A model generated the notes under the pieces. It did not search any database. It had not been told where the DNA came from and saw only the letters and a list, made by a program, of their open reading frames with translations. A DNA stretch of 64,000 nt from Negaprion brevirostris (Eukaryota), in contig JARDVH010000121.1 in NCBI GenBank assembly GCA_030324005.1, positions 10,685,715 to 10,749,714 on the forward strand. Direction: 5' to 3'. The translations under genes and the position numbers were made by a program. Of this stretch, positions 12,506-25,855 are shown piece after piece; within the stretch, counting starts at the first letter, position 1, and every line of letters starts with the position of its first letter.

Positions 12506-15390
12506 GTAGTATCATTATGTTATTAAAAAATGTATTTCCAAAAACATTCAGATTTGATAGAAGTATTTCCCGTTGCTGCTGATCAAGAAGGTGCCCATCA
12601 TTAACTTTAAATAATGCCCTGCCTCGGTTTTAGCAAAGGATTGAGGCATTATTCAGTTCGAAGTTCATTTCTGTCTACGGAAGGAATTCTCCCAAACCAC
12701 AATTCCCGTCACCCTCCATATTTCACATGATAGGTTTACCTAATTATTAAACATCCTTGGACATTAAGGGCTATCCATCATGGTCAATCCACCAAACAAT
12801 TTTAAGCGCATGAAACCGATGGAACCCCTCTCAGACAAGATGCAAATTCTGCACTAAAAGCCAGCAGAATCGGACTGGGGTCTTGGTATTGAGAGGCAGT
12901 CCTATAACTACAGTGCTAGTATTCCTCCGATAGAATTGTCCCAATCACATGGAGGAACTGCATAAATATACATTCATTTTCACTCAGCAGGCAATATTTT
13001 GCCTTCAACTGACTATGTTGTATTCGTTGTTCACTGTGCTCTCACCTCCCGATTGGAAGGATGAAATTAAAAGTTGGTGACAGTTTTGCTGACAACTTAA
13101 ACCAATCTTCAGGTGCCTTTATCTTTAGTGAGCTGTTATGTGAAAGGTCCATTCCCTTTTAATCTGACCTGTCCGTTCTCGTTCCGTTGAGGATTCTAAT
13201 GAATCTCAACAAAGGCTCCCGAAAGTAAGCAACACGATTGCACTAACAATGGAAACCACGTTGCTATCTGACATTCAATCAAAGACTTGAGATTTTCCCT
13301 CTTTTTTGGCAGGGCGCCATTGGCATNNNNNNNNNNNNNNNNNNNNNNNNNNNNNNNNNNNNNNNNNNNNNNNNNNNNNNNNNNNNNNNNNNNNNNNNNN
13401 NNNNNNNNNNNNNNNNNNNNNNNNNNNNNNNNNNNNNNNNNNNNNNNNNNNNNNNNNNNNNNNNNNNNNNNNNNNNNNNNNNNNNNNNNNNNNNNNNNNN
13501 NNNNNNNNNNNNNNNNNNNNNNNNNNNNNNNNNNNNNNNNNNNNNNNNNNNNNNNNNNNNNNNNNNNNNNNNNNNNNNNNNNNNNNNNNNNNNNNNNNNN
13601 NNNNNNNNNNNNNNNNNNNNNNNNNNNNNNNNNNNNNNNNNNNNNNNNNNNNNNNNNNNNNNNNNNNNNNNNNNNNNNNNNNNNNNNNNNNNNNNNNNNN
13701 NNNNNNNNNNNNNNNNNNNNNNNNNNNNNNNNNNNNNNNNNNNNNNNNNNNNNNNNNNNNNNNNNNNNNNNNNNNNNNNNNNNNNNNNNNNNNNNNNNNN
13801 NNNNNNNNNNNNNNNNNNNNNNNNNNNNNNNNNNNNNNNNNNNNNNNNNNNNNNNNNNNNNNNNNNNNNNNNNNNNNNNNNNNNNNNNNNNNNNNNNNNN
13901 NNNNNNNNNNNNNNNNNNNNNNNNNNNNNNNNNNNNNNNNNNNNNNNNNNNNNNNNNNNNNNNNNNNNNNNNNNNNNNNNNNNNNNNNNNNNNNNNNNNN
14001 NNNNNNNNNNNNNNNNNNNNNNNNNNNNNNNNNNNNNNNNNNNNNNNNNNNNNNNNNNNNNNNNNNNNNNNNNNNNNNNNNNNNNNNNNNNNNNNNNNNN
14101 NNNNNNNNNNNNNNNNNNNNNNNNNNNNNNNNNNNNNNNNNNNNNNNNNNNNNNNNNNNNNNNNNNNNNNNNNNNNNNNNNNNNNNNNNNNNNNNNNNNN
14201 NNNNNNNNNNNNNNNNNNNNNNNNNNNNNNNNNNNNNNNNNNNNNNNNNNNNNNNNNNNNNNNNNNNNNNNNNNNNNNNNNNNNNNNNNNNNTGATCATG
14301 GTAAATGCCACTGAGTCGAGCAAAATGCCCATGATTACGAGAAGACACCCTGGGTCAGATACTCTGCCAAGTAGTCGGTTTCTATGACTGGTCACATTTC
14401 ATTTCCTTTTCGATGAAGGTCAATTAAACAACTTCTCAAGCATATACCTAACAATGTATAACGGGACATCAAGAGAAGTACGACCATTGAAAAAAAATGG
14501 ATGTTGTGGGTAGCTTAAAAGCAATGAATTGTGAATATTCTCAGAGCATGAGAAAGGTGTAGAAGGCACGCTAGATCAGAATGGGAAATGACAAGAATAA
14601 CAGTAAGCTTCATATTCCCTGTCCATGACAAAAACGTTTTTGTAAGTTACGGATCGGCTCATTGGAACATATTACTAATATCATGTCATTTGCCTTTATA
14701 ACCTAATCGCCATGTAAAGTATTGCGCCTGCTATTGTCAAAGTGTAAGGGATAATGAAGGTCATATTATTTTGTAACTATGCATTTTCAATCTCAATCTT
14801 GAACATTTCAGATAACCAATGCTGACAGCGGAATTCCTGTAGCGAGTTCCAATATTCAGTGAATCTATCTAAAAATAACGTGTTGGGTTACCACATCTAA
14901 GATGCTGGCAATAAATGTTAGCTTACCTATATGTTACAATCACTGGCAACAAACAAATATTTTCTCAGTATATCCACAAGACTTTGATAATCTAGCACCA
15001 GAGTTTGTTCAGGCCTTAACCCATTATGTTGAGTGAATTTTAACTGTAGTCTTAAAGCCTTGGCCTCATAATCCATCCCGTTTATATTGATGCTAATATG
15101 GTGCATCATATGTTTGAGCCCACAAATCGAAAAAAATTCTGACGTATGTGGCCACAGTTGCCCTATTATTCCATTTCTGATCTACCAGCAATGAAGCTGT
15201 TACATTCTTGTCTTTTTTTGTCCCACAGTCCCGACTCAAACTGCGTTAAGAACCACATGGCTTGTGTTGCTTGCTAGACATCCTGTTGCCCTGCGTCAGA
15301 TTAATGTCTCTTTGGATTAAACTTGAGATTGTGAGAAACATGTACAAGACATACATCTGGTAAGTTATGTGCAACGTTCGTTTTGTCCAG

Positions 15391-15426
15391 AACTGCAAGA
15401 AGCAAACAAAAGTCTAGATGAAACAG
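15391..15426 (+). CDS. Micro-exon E4, 36 nt, ELQEANKSLDET
   Basis: ttcgttttgtccag|aactgcaagaagcaaacaaaagtctagatgaaacag|gtacct. Confidence 0.83.
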
Positions 15427-15889
15427 GTACCTAAATGAAAAAAAAATTAGTTAACGGTGAAGACTTTCTTTGTCTTTACATACACTTAGGTTTTATACCA
15501 GATGGTCATTTTGTTTTTGAAATAGACGTCATGGGTGGATAAATTGCTGTGCCTGCTCTCTCTTTATTCTTTGGAAAGTGCGTACATTTTGTACTAGACC
15601 TACGTTCTTGTGGGATAAGCAATCATGATCTATAAGCAAATATTCCANNNNNNNNNNNNNNNNNNNNNNNNNNNNGTTAACTTAACGATTCAACGCACAC
15701 CCTTGCTTTGAAGTAAATCCTCAACCGTCCTTTGAATATTTCAAATGGTCTGTCCCCATGTTATCTACCTCTGACAATCGCCATCGTGGAAGCAGTGCCT
15801 CATTTTCTACTTCCCCAAAAATATTTCGTTATTTTGCCACTGAAACAAATATTTTAAGCTAACCTTTTCTTTACAATATGGACTGTGAT

Positions 15890-16959
15890 TCCTTTCGTGC
15901 AAGGGGTTTGGAAGCAGCAGAGTTCGTCCACTGTGTCCAAGAGAGTACTTATTGAGTCAATATGCAGATATTCCAACACGGTAAGGGGTTATCTTAGAGC
16001 CTGTTCTGGGGAATGTGGGAGCATTTTTGGACGAGTAATCACAATTCTGTGAGATTCAAAATACTTATAGAAAAGGATAGAAGTATTCCCAGACTGAAAG
16101 TAGTAAACAGGGAGAAAGCAAACTGTAACAGTATTAGGAAAGAACTAAAGAATCGAGACTGGAGGCTGCTGCTTGAGGGTAAATCCACCTTCAATAGGTT
16201 GGAGTCTTTTGGAAGGCAGATGGTAACAATTCAGAACAAGTACGGCCCTGTAAAAAAAGGATAAAGATTGCACAATTTAGGAACTGTAGATGACAAGACG
16301 GATTGTGAGCTTTATGAAAAAGAAAAAGGGAGGCATACATGAATGTAAGGAAATTGAAAACGGATAACCCTCTTGAAGAATGCAAAGTTGGCAGGAAACA
16401 GTCTAACTACGGGCGTAAGAGGGCAAAATCAGTGGTGAAATGTAGTTGGCAGGCAGAGATAAGGAGAATTCCACGGCTTTTCATTTGTGTTTAAGAAAGA
16501 AGAGGGTAACTAAAAAAAAGGTGGTTCAACTCAAGGACAGTGGAGGGAATCTGAGTGTGGAGCCAGGTGAGGTGGGTTAGATCATTAATGATTACTTCGC
16601 ATCGGTATTCAGAAAGGAGAAGGATGTAGCGGATGGTGAGTGTAGGGAGGAAGATGTTGATGTTCTAGGACATAGTGGAATTAAATGGGTACTGGAGGTT
16701 TTGAAAAACATTAAGGTCGCCCCTAGGGCCAGATAGGGTCTATCACACAAAACTGATATAGTTGATGAAGAAATTGTTGAGGCCTTGGTCAACTTTTTCA
16801 CATCCTCTTTAGCAACGGGCGAGATACCAGAAGACTGGAAACTGGCAAATAGTGTTCCTCTATTTAAGAATGGCAGAAGAGACAATCCGGAAAATTACAG
16901 TCCTGAGACCCTTATGTCAGTAATGGGGAGTTGTTGTTTTTGAGAGTTTTTAGGGGACT
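15890..16959 (+). mobile_element. Decayed CR1-clade LINE ORF2 fragment (end of endonuclease to pre-RT region), ending at a gap
   Basis: Remnant peptides EHF.TSNHNSVRF, LN.YFASVF, GEIPEDWKLANSVPLFK.G.RDNP.NY. Confidence 0.85.
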
Positions 16960-17058
16960 NNNNNNNNNNNNNNNNNNNNNNNNNNNNNNNNNNNNNNNNN
17001 NNNNNNNNNNNNNNNNNNNNNNNNNNNNNNNNNNNNNNNNNNNNNNNNNNNNNNNNNN

Positions 17059-19300
17059 NGGCTGAGAACAGGCCCAGTAGCCTTATGGTTATTGTACTAG
17101 GAAGACATGTAATCAATTCGCCTGAGGGAGGGTGGAAGATGATGCTAAACAACAGAAAAGAACCTTGTGTAGCATCCATGGGCAATGGATGTTCGAGCAG
17201 TTAAGAGAGAACCTCGACCAGGTTAGCATAGTTCTGTCCTGGATCATGATGAACTGATTAAACACTTGTACCGGGGTAAAAGATACCCCAATTACGGCAA
17301 CTGACCAGGATCTGGTCTAACGATAGCTGCAGAGGAACCCCGGGGACCGCACGAGAAATGGTGTTGTGTATCCCAATAATATTAAAATATAAGTTTGGGT
17401 TGTGACTTTTTGAAACCAAAAATATAAGGATCATTAAAGCAGGGATGTGGGTGGGATATCAGGGGACACGACCATGTGTGGTTGAGAAAGGAGGAAAGCT
17501 CATCGAGAAATATGAACACACAGACAAATGGTCATGTGCCTATAAGCAGTGTTTGGCAATCAACATGTCCTGTGTGGATTCAGAAGAACCACTGACCAAA
17601 ATTGAACACTGGAAATTTGATATTTGGGAAGAGATGTCACCTTACGGGGGGAGGGAGAATATTCCATTTCAACTTCTCCAGACATTTACTGGTATGGGGT
17701 AGCCATAACAACAACCACACTGTCTTTTGCATTAAACCACACATACCCGCTAGGTTAGGATTAATTGAGATAGTAGGCATACACAGAAGAGAGAAAACAC
17801 TAATAAACTCGAGCGAGGAATTGAGACAATGCTTGAAAGAAGTGATACTGAGATAACACTCTACCCAACAAAGTTCAACAAATTCGGACACAATTGATCA
17901 TAGCACACAAGACCTTTGTCAAACTGGTGCAACAAACAGGGGAATTAAAAAAAGAATATTAGTAAAATTAGATGCACTGCATGGTGGGAGGACCTCTAGG
18001 ATTGAGGTTCAAATGTCCAAAGCCACCCATGGGTCCGCATTCTGTCACATCTGTCGTTAATAGGAGTCCTACTTATGGCAGTGTACCTAACCATCCTCAC
18101 GTTTAAATTTGCCCGATGGCAGAAGGAATTTCTGCAACACGTGGACTTGACAAGGGCCATCCGACATCAGAAAAGGCTCGACAATCAGGAATTTGCAGGA
18201 TGGCAGAAGGAATAGAAGGAATTTCTGGAAAACGTGGACTTGGCGAGAGCCATCCAACACAAGGAAAGGCTCTACAATCAAGAACTTTGATGCTCTTCCA
18301 TCTATATTGTAATATTTACAGTCATTTTTTATTCTGTACTGTTTGTTGATTTGTATATACCCTATTAATGTATTTTTTATTCTTATTTCACTTCATTTAA
18401 ATTTGTTGGTACTATTCTGGTTTAGGGATGATACAATCGACCCTGGATTCAGGATACTTGTTTGTTGAAATGATTTGGTAAGGATTGCGTGATCTAGCTC
18501 GCAGAGGCTCACTGGATGAAGAGGAGGGAGTGTGGTAATATAATCAGGGCCCAGGTTCAAGGCTGATTAAATTCAATATCCTAAATTAAAGAATTGGGCA
18601 TATTAACATCAAACACAGTCAAACCTCAGGAAGGCCAATTGTACAAATACACAAACGTGTCTCGGCCAATCCATCAATCACCCATCAAAGATCATTGCAC
18701 CCTATGGGGACCCAGCAGGAGATCGTAGCCCCCCATTGAAATGCAGTGGCCTATTGTTAGAAGCCCAAATCGCGACCAAACTTTCTGTCACTTGCAGTTC
18801 CTGCAGTTACCTTATCTGGCAATAGAATACATGTAAACAACACCATGGAGATGGACACCTGGGGCCTGGTCCCACTGTCCTGTCAGGCAGACATGAAGAA
18901 ATCCATTGGGCATTGGAACACCTTCCTGGCACCTCATTGGCTGCAAGCCAGAGAAGTTTCTGGAAAGGCAGGCAGGGGGATAAAGGTACACATTTCAGGC
19001 ACACCAGCAACGAAGGCTCGACGAGGGAGGTGACCTTGACCATCTGGAAAACTGACCAGACAAGGAAGGAAGGACAAAGCTGCCATGAAGACTCACCAGA
19101 TGATGGACCAGAGGGACTCAAAGAATCGGGCTGCAGTTTAACCAAACCATATATGCGAGCAGCATACTTCAATCGGGGGTATCCTTGTATTTTATGTGGG
19201 TAATTTAGAGTTAATAGTGATATTATTAATAAACTTATTGAACCTCTACTACTGTTTGTCCTTTGTCCATCTTGCAAATAAGGGCACCGCGGTAAAACTT
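17059..19300 (+). mobile_element. LTR retroelement/ERV-like relic: decayed internal region, polypurine tract and 3' LTR (about 18531-19300)
   Basis: PPT gaagaggagggag (18518-18530) directly before TGTGG; AATAAA at about 19228; Cys spacing of a decayed CX2CX4HX4C knuckle at 18043-18084. Confidence 0.6.
18115..18288 (+). repeat. Two-copy tandem repeat of about 85-90 bp inside the LTR element
   Basis: gatggcagaaggaat...acgtggacttg...gccatcc.aca...aaaggctc.acaatca.gaa occurs twice. Confidence 0.85.
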
Positions 19301-21821
19301 TGGAGTAAGCAAACTGGTTGAAACAGTCTGACAATTAATATGCACAACAGTGGGTCAGTGATTCTGGGGAGCAAGTGGGTAGTGAACGAGGGTTCTGTGA
19401 TTCTGGGAGCATTTGGGTAGAGAATGGGCAGCCTGGACACTGACTGTTGCTTGGCTAGAGGCAAGCAGCATTCCTTAAAAGTTCTGGGGATGCCTCAGAA
19501 CGGGCCTAAAAGTCGGATCAGAAACACTCCCAGTTTCAAGTTCACCCAGCATTCGAGTCAAAATTGTAAAATAGGGCCTGACATTGACTACACGTTAAAA
19601 AGCACCCATTGGCAATAAAACACTTTGCCAAATGACAAAGAAGACAATAATTTTGCACAGCTCTTGATAATTGTTATTCTGCATTATCCAAGATCGGGCC
19701 TGTACAATAAACGTACATTAAAACGTAATGCCATCCTGTCAGTGCTATTTTAAAGTAAAATGCCACACTCCATTTGACGTCTCATGTTAGGCTCAAAAAT
19801 AAGGACATTCAGTTACTTCCTTTCAGACACTCACGATAGCACAGCAATTGTGCAGTTGGAATGGAGAATTAGCCCCAATGAGTATATTATTTCCGTGGTG
19901 GCAGGGGGAGGGTCAGCATCAAAAACCAAAGTGAATCAATGGCAAGGCCTCGGCAGAGCGCATTCTTCCAACTTCAACGTATTAGCACCCGAATGGGAAG
20001 AGTAAAAATGGGGAGTGAAAATGGGCTTCTGGCATTTGAACATAACAATTCATCCGTTATGAAATCAGCTGCGAATTGTCCGTTCCCATCCCATATTCTC
20101 GAACGGATTAAAGGTTGTATATATTTGGTTGCACTTTCATCAATGGACTGAGACAAATGTCCGAACAATCCAACTCAATGACTAACAAAAAGCGAGAACA
20201 TTTAAACATAACAACTTAAAAATAACAAAACTGACCCATTATATCATTGCAGGAAGTATAATATCCATTTGCATCATGTCTAAACTGCACTTTAATGTTA
20301 ATTACTTCAATCTCACCGCATTTTGCTTAAGTTATCCTTCTCGGTATTGAAAACTTGTTGGTCTCCTAACAGCCGTAATATTCACGAGAACAGAGCTCCA
20401 ATGTGCTATTATTCTTTTATGTGACAAATTCGATCCTAAGTGTGTGCCTCCACAGATTAGCTGTAATATTGGGACCGTTCCTGTTTGCTTGATGAATCCA
20501 CCAGAGCAAGAGTTCTCTGTAGAAATCACACAAAAATTTTTGCCCTGTTGCCTGTTAAAAATCTTCGAGAGGATCACATCTTTCTTTCTGTTTGCATGCT
20601 AAATCATGTCATTTTACATGTTATCTACAACTGGAAGGATGCAGAAATCTGGGAACCTTACTCTGTGTACTTTAAGTGTCATTCTATTAATGACACTTAA
20701 TCAAGAAGTTGGGCAGGACGCATGGACTTTCCTCAGCAAAGTCATTGTGCAACATTTCCGAATGGACATCTAACACGTTGAGATCAGAACGAATGCGATG
20801 TTAGTTTTTTTTTGTCAATGGTGACTTACTGAGGAACGAACTTGAGCCTCTCAAAATCCTAGTCTCATGTTTATTTGGAAAATATATATATATTTCCATG
20901 TATGTTACATCTGTTCTGCAGTGATAATCGGGAATGTCCAGAAATTACGTGCCTTTTGCAAGAGTTGGGCCCACTAAACAAATCAATCGTTGTCAGGTTA
21001 CATAAAATTATTATACTTGCTGACACGCTTCGATTGGCTATTCCTAAATCTCTTGATTACAGCTCCGCAGACTGTTGGCAATGGCAACTCCAGATATATT
21101 CAAACGAAACTTAAAATTGATTTCAAAGAGTATCAACTAAGACATTCTAACAATAATGGGAGAAGGTTTACTGTGAATGATGAACTTAAATATCTAATTG
21201 GCTGAATATATTTAAAACGTATGTAATTAGATATTGGACAGTGCATTGTGTTAGTGAGAGAAGGTGAAGAGGAGGGCAAACATGACGTCTCAGCTTGTTC
21301 AAAGTCGGAACAGGATGGAACAGCCAAATGGCTGAGTACTAATATCAGTTTTAATCTTCAAACTTCATTTGTTTGTTCAGAAATGCATTGAAATCAATAC
21401 AATTCGTTTTCTGCATACGGATGCCCCAGGCAAGGAGACCCTATTGTCCATTGTCTATGTCCAAGTAAGCAAAATCTCATTTTTGTATCGCTGATCGTAC
21501 ATTGAATTCAATTCAATGAATTATCACTCCCGGATTGGGCGAACTTGAAGGTTTAAACAAGTTCACTTAGCTCTAGTTACTCGACAGACGAGAGGTGGTA
21601 GACNNNNNNNNNNNNNNNNNNNNNNNNNNNNNNNNNNNNNNNNNNNNNNNNNNNNNNNNNNTTCTTTGCTATTTTTACCATTACCAGTAATTAATTACTG
21701 TATTCACAGAAACATATCATCAGTGTACTTTACTCAATTTTATAGATTACTACTGCATCTTATGAATGTAACACTGCGATTTAGACGTAATATAACATCT
21801 CACTTTCCTATTTGAGCACAG

Positions 21822-21848
21822 AACAGAGCTTGGTTAAAAAAGAAAAAG
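21822..21848 (+). CDS. Micro-exon E5, 27 nt, EQSLVKKEK
   Basis: tttcctatttgagcacag|aacagagcttggttaaaaaagaaaaag|gtaaga. Confidence 0.88.
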
Positions 21849-23922
21849 GTAAGAACCTAAAAATTATACATAATTAGTCTTATGAAATATTCGTTTCCAA
21901 TTGCTTGAAAGATTAACATAAAACAGTTCTGAGGTTGCCAATTGTAGGATCTAAGAACGAAATTTGAGAAGTTAAACATTAATGCAGTTAACGGCTAAAT
22001 AATACCTTACAAGAGAAGGAAAAAACCGTGTTGATACGACTTCCTGGTGGCAGGTAGCGGAAGACAATGCCCTAAGCATGGATTAGGCCATTTCTGCAGA
22101 TTTCTGTGTTAGGAATTAGCTTGCTGCAAGCCAGAATCTAATTCCAAAGATTTTCAAGAATGCTGTCTTTGTTCAAATTCCAACGCAAAGGTGTTTTAAG
22201 GCATAGTTTTTTTATATTTCCTTTGAACGAATCTTTCAAACTTTTAGAAAGAATGCTTCTAGCTCTCATCAAAATAAAATAATCGTTTATGCACATATGA
22301 TTACTTAGTTCTCTAATTGTGACAAAAATGTGTTTGCAACATGCAATAAGTATGTTCGCAAGTGTTTGCTCCATCACCCGTCAGAGCAACGCTTTAAACG
22401 ATGGAAAATAACTCTTTAAACATCACGTTTTACACTGTTACATTAATTTACCAGATATAAGTACATATTCAAATATAACAATAGGGTGACAGACCAATAG
22501 GTGGGGGGTGGGGGGGAGGAGGTGGAGGCAGGTACACAGACAGAAAAAGTGACATATAGGCAGGCAGGTAGTCAGGAAGACNNNNNNNNNNNNNNNNNNN
22601 NNNNNNNNNNNNNNNNNNNNNNNNNNNNNNNNNNNNNNNNNNNNNNNNNNNNNNNNNNNNNNNNNNNNNNNNNNNNNNNNNNNNNNNNNNNNNNNNNNNN
22701 NNNNNNNNNNNNNNNNNNNNNNNNNGAATGAATGCTTCAGTGACCAAAAAAAAATCCATGATATTTGTTTCCTTATCAGTCATTCCTGACTTTCAATGAC
22801 TTTTGATCAATTAGTTGCACGATATACAAGCCAACAAGAGTATGGTTATAGGTAAGGGTGCCTCATAACATCGGATGCTCAGCCCAGAGTTCTAACAAAC
22901 ATTCTAATGGGTTCCCTTAAAGATTACTGTCTAATCGGACTAACTGGTGACATCATGTTTGGCCAGCTCATCTCTGCCAGACAGTGAATAAACCCTACTC
23001 AGGACATATGCTAAGTGTGCAATATATTCCTTCCAACCAAAACTTTATTCATAAATATTTCATATTTCAAATGTTCAAATAATTTCCCGAAATATGTCTT
23101 CATCCTAATTTTTTTTACTGTGATTACGTAGCAATTAACTGTTTTTTGGCCAAAGCGAATCCTTACAATCAATAATAATACTTTCGAAATATCAGCATAT
23201 GCAGCTTCCAATCATAATCACTCGTTTGATGAAGTATTACATCTGATGTGCGTCAATTTTTTCTTGTAGGCTCATAAGCGCATTTTAAAATCATTTTGCT
23301 GAATGTTGTCAGTTCTGTCAGTGCCGTAATATCTAATGTTTTAAATTCTTAACACTCTTTTAGGGATTCTATTTACACCATCAGTATTTAAAAGACCACT
23401 TATTATGTATGTTTTGTTCAGTCTTGTAACTTGAAATCTATAATCATTGAACCTNNNNNNNNNNAAGAATGAGGCATTTGCATCTCTAACTCTATCCATG
23501 TCTGAAAAATGTCCATTCACATAAAAATATCGATTTCACCGTCAACTCATTTCATCTGAGTTGCTGCAGATTGCCACTTCACATCAATCTGCTTGATTCT
23601 AGCAGCGTGCAAACTCCAACACGTTTCGTTCCGGGGCCGATATCAAAGCTTAAGGAAATTTCAGTGATCACTGAAAACGAGTACCAGAGTGTTGGGCCCC
23701 AATGCAGGCAGTTTTCCTTCAAGAGAAATGGAGTTAACCATTTGTAACATTCTATCATTGAGTGCAAAATCACACCCCATTGCCTTCTTGTGATTCACAG
23801 GTTTGCACATTGATGCAAGTCTTGTGTTCAATTCTTTTGGATCCACCCACAAATTTGGGATCTGTTGTAATTTTACCAACAATTTGAAAATTTATGAAGG
23901 ATTCTATTTTCTTTCATTACAG

Positions 23923-23958
23923 AATGCTCTGCCTTGAAAGACGCACTTACTGAAAAGA
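23923..23958 (+). CDS. Micro-exon E6, 36 nt, ECSALKDALTEK
   Basis: ttttctttcattacag|aatgctctgccttgaaagacgcacttactgaaaaga|gtgagc. Confidence 0.85.
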
Positions 23959-24181
23959 GTGAGCACCCAGAGAATACCGTGTGAAAATGCATACCTATAA
24001 TTGCTATCAATTCAGTGCAAAATACTCTGCAGTAGTTGTATGCAATTCCTTATCATAGAAATTTTAACACAATTAATTATTTAAACTACAGTTATTCAGC
24101 TGAATAAAACCTTCGAATATGACCAAAAATCAATCATTTAATTGCTACAATAATTGCTGTTGACCTTTCCCTCTCGGCCAG

Positions 24182-24208
24182 ATAATGCCTTATCTCAAAA
24201 AGAAAAAG
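24182..24208 (+). CDS. Micro-exon E7, 27 nt, NNALSQKEK
   Basis: cctttccctctcggccag|ataatgccttatctcaaaaagaaaaag|gtagga. Confidence 0.85.
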
Positions 24209-25607
24209 GTAGGAGTGGCACGACTTTTCAGCGATTGTTACTCTCTATCTAGTGTTGTAGTTCTATTAATGATACGCTCTCCCTGTTTCTGTTATGTGAC
24301 TTTTTATGATCCGTGTAATAATTTCTTTATTATTGGCTTTCTTTAAGTTTGCTTCTGAACAATTGTTGCTGTACATATTTACGGTTGTTTTATCTGTGCA
24401 AGCTTAATTTATTTTTGTCTTTCGCAGTTGTATATGTTGTATCATTGTATCATCGGTTGAATTCCCTGTGGTGTCCCTGAAATATTGAGCAACTCGGATG
24501 ATTTTGCAACATCATTCACAAAACATTTCATAGGGTGCTCTCCGAATAATTTGATAGTAAATTCTATCCAAGAGCCAACCAAGGAACAGTTGAAACTATG
24601 CAGGACAGAGTTATGCAGATCACGATATGATTGAATTTCACATAGTTTGAAGTAAGGCATTGTACATCAAAGTTTAGAATTTTAATTCTGAAAGAGGACA
24701 CAGCTGAGGACAGAAACGTACGAGTAGCTACAGTGACTTATCAAACATTTTAAGGAATAGACAAGCAAAGATGCAACTGCAAACATGTTAAGGAACACTA
24801 CAGAAAACTGAAAGCAGGTATTTCAGCATCAAATAAAAGAATCAAAGCTGCAGAAGCTACAATGCCGTGTGATATTAAAAATAGTAATCATTATGGTCGG
24901 ACGTTTAAGGAACAGACAAGGGGATGCTGTTTTCTCCGGCATAGAAGTTAGCCTTTAGATCTCCTTCCTTCTAAGAAAAACAATTAAATTAGAGGACTTG
25001 AAGAATTTAAGGCAAAGGTGAATAGTTAGTCGGTGTTTCTGAAGGTTAAAGTCAGATCAGAAATAAGCTAAGTGTTGCGACAGCCTCAGCAGCTGGGTGA
25101 ACTGCTGGTGATCCTAATTCGCGTGTTCATATATGCGGAAGCACAAATAAATAAATGCTTTAAACCGATTTGTGCTTATACAAAGGTACACTTGCATATA
25201 CATATTCTATTAAGAGAATACATAGAGCCAAATTTACACATACAAATAGATAGCTAAATTTGCCATTAGGACATATAGAGAATCAGAAAACAATAGACAA
25301 ATACCCTCTGATAATAGTTAGGTCGATGGGTGAATGGCTGGATGGGTAGACAGACGGACGGACAAGTAGACCATCTATACTGTCGATTATGTATAAATCT
25401 AGAGCTCCATAACAAGGTACTGAACAAATTAAAGAGTCCGTCTTGAACAGCGAATGCTGAATTTAGTTTGACGTTCCGGTGATGGGAATATGACTGGGGT
25501 GAGCTGTCAGTATTCGTCCAATTTAATAAATGGTGTACACGCAAACTCACGTTCAGTAGAGTATAAGATAAATATTCTTAACTATTGATTGAACACAACT
25601 ATTTTAG

Positions 25608-25634
25608 AACTCAAGAGATGTGCTGAACAAGGCT
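25608..25634 (+). CDS. Micro-exon E8, 27 nt, ELKRCAEQG
   Basis: caactattttag|aactcaagagatgtgctgaacaaggct|gtaagt. Confidence 0.78.
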
Positions 25635-25661
25635 GTAAGTAATAAAGTATCAGTTGCTTTA

Positions 25662-25855
25662 ACCAAAAGAAAAAAATGCGGGAAAGTCTGAGCAGGTCTG
25701 ACAGCTTCTGTAAGGAGAGAAAAGAGCTGACGTTTCGAGTCCAGATATCCCTTCAGCTTTGACGAAGTGTCATCTGACTCGAAACTTCAGCTCTTTTCTC
25801 TCCTTACAGTTGGTGCCAGATCTGCTGAGATTTTCCACCATTTTCTCGTTTGGTT
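25662..25855. repeat. Palindromic element with about 95-bp inverted arms, Penelope-terminal-repeat-derived
   Basis: Left arm ...ctgtaaggagagaaaagagctgacgtttcgagtccagat pairs with right arm atctgactcgaaacttcagctcttttctctccttacag...; a single arm recurs at about 54275-54372. Confidence 0.85.

Noticed and set aside
13196-14395. Long ORFs spanning N runs (also 31700-32730 and 38964-39735)
   Set aside because: Artefacts of assembly gaps.
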